From assembly GCF_021869535.1 (NCBI RefSeq), contig NW_026262690.1, positions 77,190,001 to 77,254,000 of the forward strand: a stretch of DNA of 64,000 bases. Direction: 5' to 3'. The position numbers and the translations under genes were made by a program. Below are positions 38,599 to 51,000 of this stretch, one piece after another. The DNA is from Mytilus californianus. Taxonomy: Eukaryota. Positions within the stretch are counted from its first letter, which is position 1; the number at the start of each line of letters is the position of its first letter. The notes below the pieces were generated by a model. That model had not been told where the DNA came from, did no database searches, and saw only the letters and a list, made by a program, of their open reading frames with translations.

Positions 38599-39012
38599 TT
38601 TAGTTCACTTTAAACTGAATAAACTGTTGAAATTTTGTCAAAGATGATGTTGATGGGTTCAGATTAGGCTTGCTTGTTCACGTTGGTTCTCGATCCTTCC
38701 TGATCGCCGGAAGTCAACATTTAACCCCCCTTTTTTCCTATTTTTACTTTGATCTGTTAAATCAGTGAAAATATTTTTCTTATCGGGTAAACATTTTTTA
38801 TTTTTATTAGAATGATGAAATGTGAATGTTGTTAAACGACAATCATGAAAGAAAATATATGTATTTAATTTTCCGGTTCTAAAATCCGTCATTATTTTTT
38901 CTTTTATTATATTGTCTGGGTTATAATGAAGCTTTAATCTTAAAGTATTTGCCTGAAAACATTTTTCTGACAAGGAATATTTGGCGGGAGATCGGAAAAT
39001 TATATATAGAAA
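38599..39012. promoter_or_regulatory. Putative bidirectional promoter CCT4/DTL
   Basis: Only 414 bp separate the divergent ATGs. ETS motif CCGGAAGT at 38707-38714; E2F-type TTTGGCGGGA at 38980-38989. Confidence 0.7.
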
Positions 39013-42000
39013 ATGCTGTTAAAATTCTTAGAAAACAGTCGAAAATTAGGAATAAAATGTAAGTTAATGACACCAGACGATCAAGAAAAATACAAAATTA
39101 CAAACTTAGGCCATGGCCTAAAATGATTTCAAAATCCTATTTTTATCTAAAGTCTTAAAGAGACTGACTATCAGTATCCCATTCCCATATCAAATGAAGA
39201 AATTATATATGATGTCTGATGATGCACTTATAAATATATGAAATCAGAAATGGAAAAGTTATTCTATTTCTTAACAATGCCATTGAAACTAGACTGATAT
39301 TTTCACTGCTAATTAGATTTTTTCCAAAACGGGCCTGGAGTTTTGGTGATAATTCTGATTTTTTTTTATTGCAGCCAACATGATTCTGCCAATTTTCACC
39401 ATCATATCCAACTATAGCGGTCATCACGTGACTTTTACGCTTCAGTTGTATATCATTAATGGCTGATTGATTATCAATGAAAATGATCGGGGAACATAGA
39501 TTAAACGGTCATAACTTTTTTGTTACATTGTGTATTTTACCTCCCAACCCCGCGTTTTACAGTATATTCATTTTTACAATTAAAAATGTTTTAAGTTTTA
39601 GTTCAGATATATGAGTTCTTGCGTCAAAATAAGTTTGAAAATTGTGGTGACATATATAACCACCCAGCCTCCGTTGACTTCTTTGTTAAAACTCGATAAA
39701 ATTGCAATGGGACCTTATTATATAATCAATTTTCTCAACTTATTTATTGTAACTAATATCCTCCCAACCCCTAAAACGATCAACAACATTTTCATATAAA
39801 TGAAATAGAAAACCATATCAGTTTAGGTATCAAACTTTTTGCTTCAAAATTTGATTGAAAAGTTGACATTTTGGCATTCGTTAGCAATATTTTTAACATG
39901 GCGGCCGCTGTTGGAACAGTAAATAACGACTCGACATGCCGGTATTCATTTAGTTATTAATCAAAAAGTAATATTTCAAATTTTTATTGAAGTGTGTCTT
40001 ATTGTATTTAAGAAATTTCTTATTTCACCTTTTCTTTAATATATTTATTAGAAACAGTCTCTCGCACTCAAAATAAAGATTTATATGCATTAACCATGCA
40101 GTTTACATTGACAGCTTGGGCCGACTTGTGAACATATATTTTGTTAGATATTTACGATGAAAATCGAATAAATGTTGGATGCATGCGTTTTCAGTAATTG
40201 TCTTACCTTATAGCAGCATAGAATCAAACATTGTTTCTCTTTGTTAAAGTGGATACATACTGTTTTTTTTTTAAAAATTTTGAAACTACGTAAAAAATGG
40301 TGACCAAATAATTTTCAAACGTAGAAGATGTTCGACACTAATTTTACCCATTCAAATGATTCAATTTGATTTCACTGTTGATATTGCAATTAAGTATGAC
40401 ATGTTATTGTCACTTTAATAATACCCAAGGACATAGCTAGATTAAGGAGATATTAAGTCATCAACGTGATCAAAGAAAACAATCATGGCACCTAATCACG
40501 ATGTAAGTTTTGACAAGACCTGTGTACATGTAGATTAGTATTGTTCGATTCTTATAATGATATTAATTTATGCTATTATTTTATATCAATAAAAGAAAAC
40601 CTCGAATGGATGGTAACCGATGTGAAATATCTATATTTTTCAATTTTCTAATCACACAGGTAACCAGTAAATTTGACATAATTCTTATTAAACCAGTAAC
40701 ATGCAGAGTTATCGAACGTAACTATGACTGAAATAGTTGCATATGGTATGCCTAAACTTGTCCAATATAGTGTGATAATCTTGAGGGCTCTCCTAAATAA
40801 CCATATTAATGCCTCCGGGAAATAATGGCTAATGATCATTAATCTGGAGTCTTGGTCATACATGTAATTCTGAATTTATTTTATATTACAGCCAACACAG
40901 TTCTGGAAATCTCTGAGATCGGTAACGTTAACGAATTGGGTAACCATTACTGAATTAATTAACTGAACCATTAATGAATTCGTTAACTTCAGTGTTTATT
41001 TGGTTTTGGCATTTATAAATAAATATGAAAATGATATGGATTTTGGAACATTTCACATGTTTGATCAGTCAGTTTTTATCAACCCGTAGATAGATTTTAA
41101 TTTTACCAGGAAGAATTCTAGAAATTTGTCTGTAGTTCCAGCTAGATTTTTTCCCAGCATGCCGTTTTTTATTTGAAAATGCCAAAACCAAATAAACACT
41201 GAAGTTAACAAATTCGCTTATGGTTCAGTTAATAAATTTGGTAACGGTTACCCAATTCGTTAACGTTACCAAATTTGTAGATTTCCAGAACTGAATATGA
41301 TTCTGCCAATTTTCACCATGTAGGCCTACACTACATGATTTTGACTTCTTAGATGTCATTTTTGCACAATCATGACCAAGAATATTGCACAAAAATCAGG
41401 ATTTTTGAAAATCTACATGTAGAAATTGGCCTGATTTTCACTTTTCTCAAAGGAGACAACCTTATTCAACTGATCAAAATCTGTCTTTCCTTTCTGTTAT
41501 CAGTTATCTGTAGATTTTGCTCTTGACACAGGCACTGGATAGTCACTCATGTACTTTAAATTGTCTTGAGATAAAAATATGATTTACCTTTGATCACGGT
41601 TTCATCTCCAGATCAATTGAGTTACATGTATACACAAGTTCTGAGATAGTCTGTTTTAAACTCTATACATTGTTGGGATCAATACCACATAGCTGCATAA
41701 AAACATCAATATAAAATGATGTCAACTGTCAAGTTGCAATAGGTTTTCATCAGGGTGTCTGGGGGTCAAACTAGAACAGCGTGGTTGACTTTTTGCTGAA
41801 TTCGCCTGTGTAAAAAACTAGGCACGTGCATAGAAAAATGTCACACTTTGAAACAAAAATTATCCTGGAATTCTATTTCAAACAAGCAAAGATTATATGG
41901 ATATTACAATAATTGTAACTGATCCTTATATTGTTTTCATAATAAAAGTGTTAGTTATTAAAAAATTATCAACTTATTATATAATTAAAACTATTGTCTT

Positions 42001-45000
42001 TTTACAAGGAATCAGACAAATGTTGTTATGTGCCAACTTTAAAAATTTGGAAAAGGTCAATAGTCAATTATACAGGTACATAAGAAAAGATCTTGCTGGT
42101 ATTCTACGTACTTATATTTTTCTGCACAATTGAATAAGTCCATGCAAATAAAAAGGAAGAAAAAAGCTAATTAGCTCATCAGTATACCATAGTAAAATAG
42201 AAGAGATATGACACTATTAGCAGATTAGAGATAAAAAAAAAATGCATGCAACATTGTTAACCTCAAAAATGTAGTCATGTCTTAAAACTCCAATGGAGAT
42301 TTTCATATTAAAGTTGGCATGTGTGATTTAATTTTATCCCATTTGGAATTTGGATTCCAGAGTATTTTATCTGATTTTGGCTGATTTTGGCTGCCCACTT
42401 GAAATGACTTGATACCTTATCAGGCATGTTAATTCTATTTAGGAAAATTTTAACCAACTACCACAGCTTGAACGTGTATTTTACATGGACACCACCAAGG
42501 ATCCGAAAAAATTTTCACACAATTTCGGTCATTTTGAGATGATTTAAAAGTTGGGCCCCTTTTTTCAAACTGTCGAAATTATTCACACTAGATTCAACGA
42601 ACTTGTGTTGACTGTTTCATCCCATTTAATTCATAAATTTTCTCACTGTTTCTCAAAAAACGTTCAAGAACAGTTATTGGAATGCAACAGTTTAAAATTG
42701 AAATGATTTTAATGACTCAAAATGGTAAATTTCACAGACATTGCTAACACTTTTTTCGCCTTTGAAGATGAAACTATAACCGGAATTTTCACGACAATAC
42801 TAACATGAGTAAAGCACTAGTAATGCGGGATTTTTTATTTTATTACCTTTAAATGTGTTTGAATACAGACAATAGTTGCATTCGTTTAATTTAACATGAT
42901 ATCATATTGCATTTTATGATTAAGTGTCTAATCTGTTGAAGACAATTTCACGCATGCGTATTACATAGTAAATAAAGCACATTTCTTTTTTGTGGCGTTA
43001 AAGAAACCCAATCTCAATGAAATGACCGAAATTATTTCTGTAAAAAAATATAATTAGTCCTAAATCCCAATTTGCTGTTTAGGACAAATAGCATTCAGTT
43101 TAGGACATGACTGGCAAATATGACCGTTTCCTGACCCTTTTTTCCTGTTTGAATTGTTTTACACTAGTTAGTCTTTTTGGGGCCCTTTTTAGCTTGCTGT
43201 TAGGTGTGAGCCAAGGCTCCGTGTTGAAGGCCGTATTTTAACCTATAATTATTTACGTTTTACACATTGTGACTTGGATGGATAGTTGTCTCATTGGCAC
43301 TCATACCACATCTTCTTATTTATCATGTTTATATGATAGTTTCCAAAAAAATAAATGCAAATACAAAAAATGCAATATGAGTGTTGAAATCATAACAGAG
43401 ATGAATCATACCTAAAAGCAAGAAAAAAGACCATGCCTGCTGGATACTATCAAATCTTCCCCCTTTTATTTGGCACACGGGGTATATAAGCTTGATTACT
43501 AAAGGTTCTTTAAATCTACATATATATCATGTATATATATATATCACATGGTTGATGGAGACTGACAGATTAGTGAATTTTTCTGTCAATATTTTTATTG
43601 GTAACAGTTGTGATTCATATTTATTACACTTGTGCTGAGTACAATGATACGATTATACATAAAATTGAGAATGGAAATGGGGAATGTGTCAAAGAGACAA
43701 CAACCCGACCATAGAACAGACAACAGCAGAAGGTCACCAACAGGTCTTCAATGCAGCGAGAAATTCCCGCACCTGGAGGCGTCCTTCAGCTGGCCCCTAA
43801 ACAAAAATATATACTAGTTCAGTGATAATGAATGCCATACTAAACTCCAAATTTGTACACAAGAAACTAAAATTAAAAATAATACAAGACTAACAAAGGC
43901 TAGAGGCTCCTGACTTGGGACAGGCGCAAAAATGCGGCGGGGTTAAACATGTTTATGAGATCTCAACCCCCCCCTATACCTCTAGCCAATGTAGAAAAGT
44001 AAACGCATAACAATACGCACATTAAAATTCAGTTCAAGAGAAGTCCGAGTCTGATGTCAGAAGATGTAACCAAAGAAAATAAACAAAATGACAATAATAC
44101 ATAAATAACAACAGACTACTAGCAGTTAACTGACATGCCAGCTCCAGACTTCAATTAAACTGATTGAAAGATTATGTCTTCATCATATGAATATCAGGCA
44201 AAATCCTTCCCGTTAGGGGTTTAGTATCATACCATCATAACATATATGAGAAGAACATAATCCGTGTCATGCCAACAACTGGTTTTTAAATAAATGTGTT
44301 TAGTGCCGATGCAAAGACCCTATAAGTGAATCAATATTAACGCCAAAATATGCAATCTTTAATGACCTGACAACAGTATCGTAACTATATCCCTTCTTAA
44401 TAAATCTATTTAAAGGTTTTGTTAGCTTCAGAGGTGAATACTGACATTTTTGTGCTTTATAAAGAATATTGACATGTATATTTGTAATCTGTGCTAATTT
44501 TAAATCCTTTATTATAGCAGAAAGTAATGCCATAAAACATTAAGCTTAAACATTATCATGATTACAGTGTTTGCTAATTGTTACCTGTATGCCTGGTATT
44601 TAAGTATTTTGCTGGAACTGATTCCTTAGGAAGTGAACCCAAATATATATTTTCAGAACTGGTTGTAGATAACAACATAAACCTTTTGAAATGGCATCAA
44701 TAATAGATACACCAGGCTCAAAAGACAGCAGCACTCTACAATTTTACTCAGAAGAGAACTGGGGATTGGATTTCTATTTCCAGACATACAATAAAATGTT
44801 TGTTTCTGATATTTTATCCATGAGTGAATATCCAATGTTCCCTGGCGCATACATGTACAAAAATCATCCAGTATACAAAGTAGATGTAGTAGGTGTAATC
44901 GTAAAAGTAGATCAGAATTCTAAATGTTTTATGTATGAAGTGGATGATGGCACAGGTGTAGTTTCTTGCAGTTGCTGGAAATTTTCATACTCGGACAAAC

Positions 45001-48000
45001 ACTATGAAAATGTTAGAAACGATATGTGCAAGCTTCCTGTTGAATTACAAAGGAAGTTCAAATCTTTAGATAAAACTGAAGAATTCAGTGGCTATACTTT
45101 GGGCTGTGTTATTCATGTTCGTGGGAAAATAAGTATATTTCGAGAGAAAAGACAGATTGTAGCAGCAAATCATCAACTTGTAAGTGATCCAATGTTAGAA
45201 GTCTTTCGGATGATGGAATTGCCTAAATTGTACCAAATGAAATATGATAAACCATTTGAACTACCGTGGAAAGTTGCAAAAAAGTTAATGAGTAAAGCTG
45301 ATGAGAATGATTTAAATACAAATGATATGAAGGAGGTAAAAACCACACTATATGGACATTTACAATCATCAGATATTGTAGAGGTTACTGCACATGTGGC
45401 ATTAAAATTAGAAAGTTTGGAGGCAATAAGGAATAGACTCAATTCAGAAATGCTACACAAATGTATTGAGGAAGTTTTGATTTCTTTAGAAGACGACGGC
45501 TTTCTTTGCAGAAGGATTGAAAACGATAAAGTGTTTGAAGTATTGCGTAAAGATTGTGATTTAGAGAAAACAATACTTCATATTTTAAAGGAAGAATGTA
45601 GTAAAGAAAAATACATAGATAAGGGATGTCATTATATGCATGTGATTGACATTTTACATAGAACATACCAATACTCTCATGTTAAAAAACAATGTGTTAT
45701 GTACTGTTTGGATAAACTGGAATTACAGAGTGATATTATAAGGTCAACAAAATGTCATTATTTGCCAATAAATTATTCATAAATTGACAAGAAATCAGAT
45801 ATCCAGTTATTCGTTTAAATGTACATAATCACTGATTATGTAGGGTATACCTTGTACATCAATGAGACACAACACCCAAAAGAAACCAATAAAACGGAAA
45901 AGTCACCTAGCTGGCAACACGTTATTTTTTTTTGTTTTTTTTTGTTTTTTTCTAAAGATGCTAAAATACTGTATCTTTCAGAATTCATGTATTTTATTTT
46001 GATGTTATATTTGTTATTCTCGTTGGATTTTGTCAAATGTCTTAACGTCTTTTCTGTTATATTCGTGTGTTATGGTAAAGATAATTAATAACCCCCTCCA
46101 TTTATTAGATTTTAGTTTGGTTCGACGATATTTATACAATATAATTGGTTTACAGTTTGATTCAGAAGAAACACCGACATAGCTAGATAATACAATTAAT
46201 TATCTAAATACTACCACAATTTGATAATAGTATTGTAATTTTCATTGTTATTAATAAATGTAATGTCAGTATTACAAATCTAATCTTGTATCAATCCTAA
46301 TTCTATCTTATTTTTGGTAAATATTTTTACAAATTCAAAATGAAATGTGACGTCACTTTGTGTGTTTTTTTAGAATTTCAAATGTGATGTCACTTTGTGC
46401 GTTGAGGCTTTGGCTAACTCGGCAGTGTATTTTTATGTGTTGGATTAAGTTGTTTTATGTAATGTATCCGTTTTTATTCTGTAGTTAGTCCCCACTTCGG
46501 TTTTATCATGTATATCCATTATATAGTCATTTTATAAAATTTACTGTTTGCAAAAGTATAAATTATTCTAAATAATAAGGATGTTTTTGTCCCAGGCAGA
46601 AAATCCTGGCCGTGTTAGGCGCAACTTTTTGGAAGTTTTGGTCCTCGGTGCTCTTCAGCTTTGTACTTGTTTTGGCTTTCAAACTTTTTTCATCTGAGCG
46701 TGACTGGTTAGTCTTGTGTGGGTGAGACGCACGTCTGGCGTAATAAATTTTAAACCTAGTACCTTTTGTTAGCTATTATTCGTGTGTTTCTTTGTCCTAT
46801 ATGTTCTCCCATTTATTTGTATTGTAGTCATGTCATGTAATGTTGTCATTTTAATGTTATATTTAACATTGCCATGAAAGCGGGAGGTTTGGCATGCCAC
46901 AAAACCAGGTTCAACCCACCATTTTTTTCTTAAAATGTCCTGTACCAAGTCAGGAAAATGGCCATTGTTACATTATAGTTCGTTTCTGTGTGTGTTACAT
47001 TTTAATGTTGTGTTTTTGTTGTGTCGTTGTTCTCCTCTTATATTTGATGCGTTTCCCTCAGTTTTAGTTTGTAACCCGGATTTGTTTTTATCTCTATCGA
47101 TTTATGAGTTTCGAACAGCGGTATACTACTGTTGCCTTTATTTACATGATATATTTTAAGCTCTAAATCGCATTTGGCTTATGTTTATTTTTTTATTATT
47201 GGCAAAGTTATCATGAAAAAACTAACAAATATCATGAATCGTGTGAATATGATATGTTGCTAAAAACTGATTTACATACAGTGTACAGGATTTGCCAAGA
47301 CAAAATCAATAAATTTTATAAATAATTGTTACAGCATACATGTAAACCATTGTTATGTCTTGGTGGCCTTACTAAGCATAAACATAACCAGTTGTTGGCA
47401 TGACACGGGTTATGTTCTTCTCATATATGTTATGATGGTATGATACTAAACCCCTAACGGGAAGGATTGTGCCTGATATTCATATGATGAAGACATAATC
47501 TTTCAATCAGTTTAATTGAAGTCTGGAGCTGGCATGTCAGTTAACTGCTAGTAGTCTGTTGTTATTTATGTATTATTGTCATTTTGTTTATTTTCTTTGG
47601 TTACATCTTCCGACATCAGACTCGGACTTCTCTTGAACTGAATTTTAATGTGCGTATTGTTATGCGTTTACTTTTCTACATTGGCTAGAGGTATAGGGGG
47701 AGGGTTGAGATCTCATAAACATGTTTAACCCCGCCGCATTTTTGCGCCTGTCCCAAGTCAGGAGCCTCTAGCCTTTGTTAGTCTTGTATTATTTTTAATT
47801 TTAGTTTCTTGTGTACAATTTGGAGTTTAGTATGGCGTTCATTATCACTGAACTAGTATATATATTTGTTTAGGGGCCAGCTGAAGGACGCCTCCGGGTG
47901 CGGGAATTTCTCGCTGCATTGAAGACCTGTTGGTGGCCTTCTGCTGTTGTCTCTTCTGTGGTCGGGTTGTTGTCTCTTTGACACATTCCCCATTTCCATT

Positions 48001-51000
48001 CTCAATTTTATAAACCCTCTAGGGAAGCACAACATATTAATTGCAATACTTTTCTTTCAAATAGCTCTTGATAAAATTTCAATTGCAAGACAGTCTTCTA
48101 CTTCTATTGTCCAGGGGCAGATTGGCATGGGTTGTCCTCAGATTAATAGAAATAATAAAATGAGATATTCACAGGGAAAAATGACATTGTTACTAAGGTT
48201 TTGAATCAAATGAGAGAGAGAAAATTGATATACAAAATAAATTATGATTTTGAGAGTACTCTGTTTAAAACAAAAGTTTGAGTATTTTAATCTAACATGA
48301 ACAAACACCTCTGACATATATATCTGTTAAATAAAATGTAACATTACAACACAAACATGATACATTCTGTTGTTTCTTTACAGTATGAGGCAAAATGTGT
48401 GTTCAAAAATTACAAAAGAAGTGGTGTACTTTAAACAAAAAGCTTATGAAATACTAAGAAATATATTACAATGTAGTTATGTGTATCAATATGTGTGTTG
48501 TCAGAGTTATCATGGTTATGGTCTACACAGTGGAATTTATCTTGTTATACATTTAGTATATAAGATATATGATTTGTTACATATGGTTTTGTGAAGAATT
48601 ATATTTGTTATATGTATTTGCCTGCTTCTGGACCTATACAGATATTTTTTCTATGCAAGGTTTTTTTTCTTGTGGTATGTGTCTGTTTTACAAGCATTGA
48701 AATAAATGAAAATAACACTAGTAAATTTTGTGCATCCAAAGCACTTTTCTGGCTTAATGTTCATCAAGAAAACTCAAACCCAAGTGATTGATGTGAAAAT
48801 TCTTGATTACTAGGAGAAGCTACATGTATATAAACAAAAGGGACACAAAAATAATATTCAAATAACCTAAGGTCAACTTTGCCAGAGCGATTTAAAAGCT
48901 TTCTTAATAATTTCTAAATCTATATATATCAACAGAGAATGATAAATCAAGACAGTACAAAAGCACAGAATTCTGATAATACCCTTGGTGACTAGAAATC
49001 TTCTAGTAGAGGTTTAGACCCAATGCTACATTGTAGAAAATGAAAATTACACTATGAATTTGGTGCATCTAAAGCACTTTCCTGGATTTACCTTCATCAG
49101 GAATGCTCAAACCCAAAAATTTGAATCAGTGATGTATAAATGAATACTTGAGGAGATATATTACCAAAAGGGACCTTAAAAGAATAGCCAAATGAAAATT
49201 TTGAATCTATAGGTTTCACATGTTTCATAGATCAATTTTTATTAATGAGCAAAATTTTAGCTGCAATTCTTTGTTGTACACATCTTTTCTCAAACTAACA
49301 AATAAAAAGTGAAGAAATGGCAACACAGAATAGTAAACACAAGCATAGTGCAGTGTAAAATGTATTGTCAAACTTTGATGATCAGAATACCAAGTGACAA
49401 TCTGAAATAGTTTGAGTAATATTGGCAGAAAGTTTTACATTTTGTAAAATTTTATCAGTTGGATGAAAAGCACACATTTGTACAAATATGAAATGTTATA
49501 CTGCAGTATGGCAGAAAAGTTCTGACAAATTTGGGAAGTCATATTGTTGTCTTTTCTTCTGTAACATGTATTGATAATATTTTTACCTGCAGGCTACTCT
49601 CCACAATTATTTTCACAACTGTTGGAGCAGTATGAATCGTCTATTTATGATGAGTATGGCATAGAAGGTGAAGAGGAAGGGGTAAGTAGCTTTAAAGTTA
49701 TTAATTTGGGAACCAAAAGTAGTCCTTGAATTAAACCACTAGGAATATTTAAAAAATCTATAGTTTCATCACATGACAAGGAAGTTTTTCAGATATTTTA
49801 GAAGAAGGAAATATTAACCTTCTTTTTTAGCTCACCTGGCCCAAAGGGCCATGTGAACTTTACTCATCACTTTGGTGTCCGTCGACGTCTACTGTCAAAT
49901 TTTACAAAATTCTCCTCAGAAACTACTTGGCCAAATTTAACCAAAATTGGTCACAATCATCATGGGGGGGCATCTAGTTTAAAAAATGTGTTCGATGACC
50001 CCACCTGCCTACCAAGATGGCTGACATGGCTAAAAAAAGAATATATGGGTAAAATGCAAGTTTTGTCTATTTTTCTGAAAACCGTTTTAAATAGAGAAAA
50101 TCTGACAAGGTATAAATGTTCAAAATGCTGAGCTCTACCAATTGTGCATATATGTCAAAACTGTCAGACGATTCTCTATCAGAGTTATTGCCCTTAAATA
50201 ACCTTTTTTTTTTCATTTTTGCCTATTATCTTGAAAACTATAATAGATAGAGAGAAACTTTAAAATGCAAAAATGATCAGAAAGACAAATTCTACAAGCA
50301 AGTCTAATGGTTGAAATCGTCAGTTGACTCCTTATTAGAGTTATTGCCCTTTGATGACGATTTATACAATTTTTTTCCGTTTTTGCCTTATATCTTTAAA
50401 AATTATAATATATAGAAAGAAACTTAAATAAACAAAAATGTTCAGCAAGACAAGATCCACAATTATGACAAATGGCGGAAATCGTCTGACTACTCCTTAT
50501 TGTAGTGATAGCCCTTTAATGATGATTTTTACCATTTTTTTTGTGTTATGCCTTATATGATAAAAATTATAATAGATAGGTAGAAACTTAAGCCCTTATA
50601 GTTAGTAGACTGTCACTCTTTATAGGAGTGATTGCCCTTAAATTAGGAAAAAATTAGCAAAAACTAAATAAGATAGAGAGAAACTAAACAGACAAAATGA
50701 TCAGCAATATAAGATAAAACGATTTTTGTCATTAATTCTATTCTCGTCTACAATGTTGGAGAGTGTCCTTTGTTGAATATGCATATAGACCAAGGTGAGC
50801 GACACAGTCTCTTTACAGCCTCTAGTTACATTGCTTTTTAGTCCCCTACCAACAGAGTTGAAGGGGACCTTAGGTTTGTAAAGTCCATCTGTCTGTCTGT
50901 CTGTCTATCTGACCATGGTCCAGCAAATCAGTTTTCCTCACTTTTTTAGCTAACCAGGCCCAAAAGAGGTCTTAAGAGCCTCTAGTTTCTTCGGTCTTGA

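Noticed and set aside
42521-43033. Possible ~510-bp TIR element (AATTTCGGTCATTT inverted pair)
   Set aside because: Only a 14-bp perfect match, with unclear termini and no TSD; not called as a feature.
43000-48100. Telomeric TTAGGG arrays near STN1, or a composite transposon carrying STN1
   Set aside because: Only isolated TTAGGG matches. The inverted arms belong to a dispersed family, and the outer flanks show no target-site duplication.
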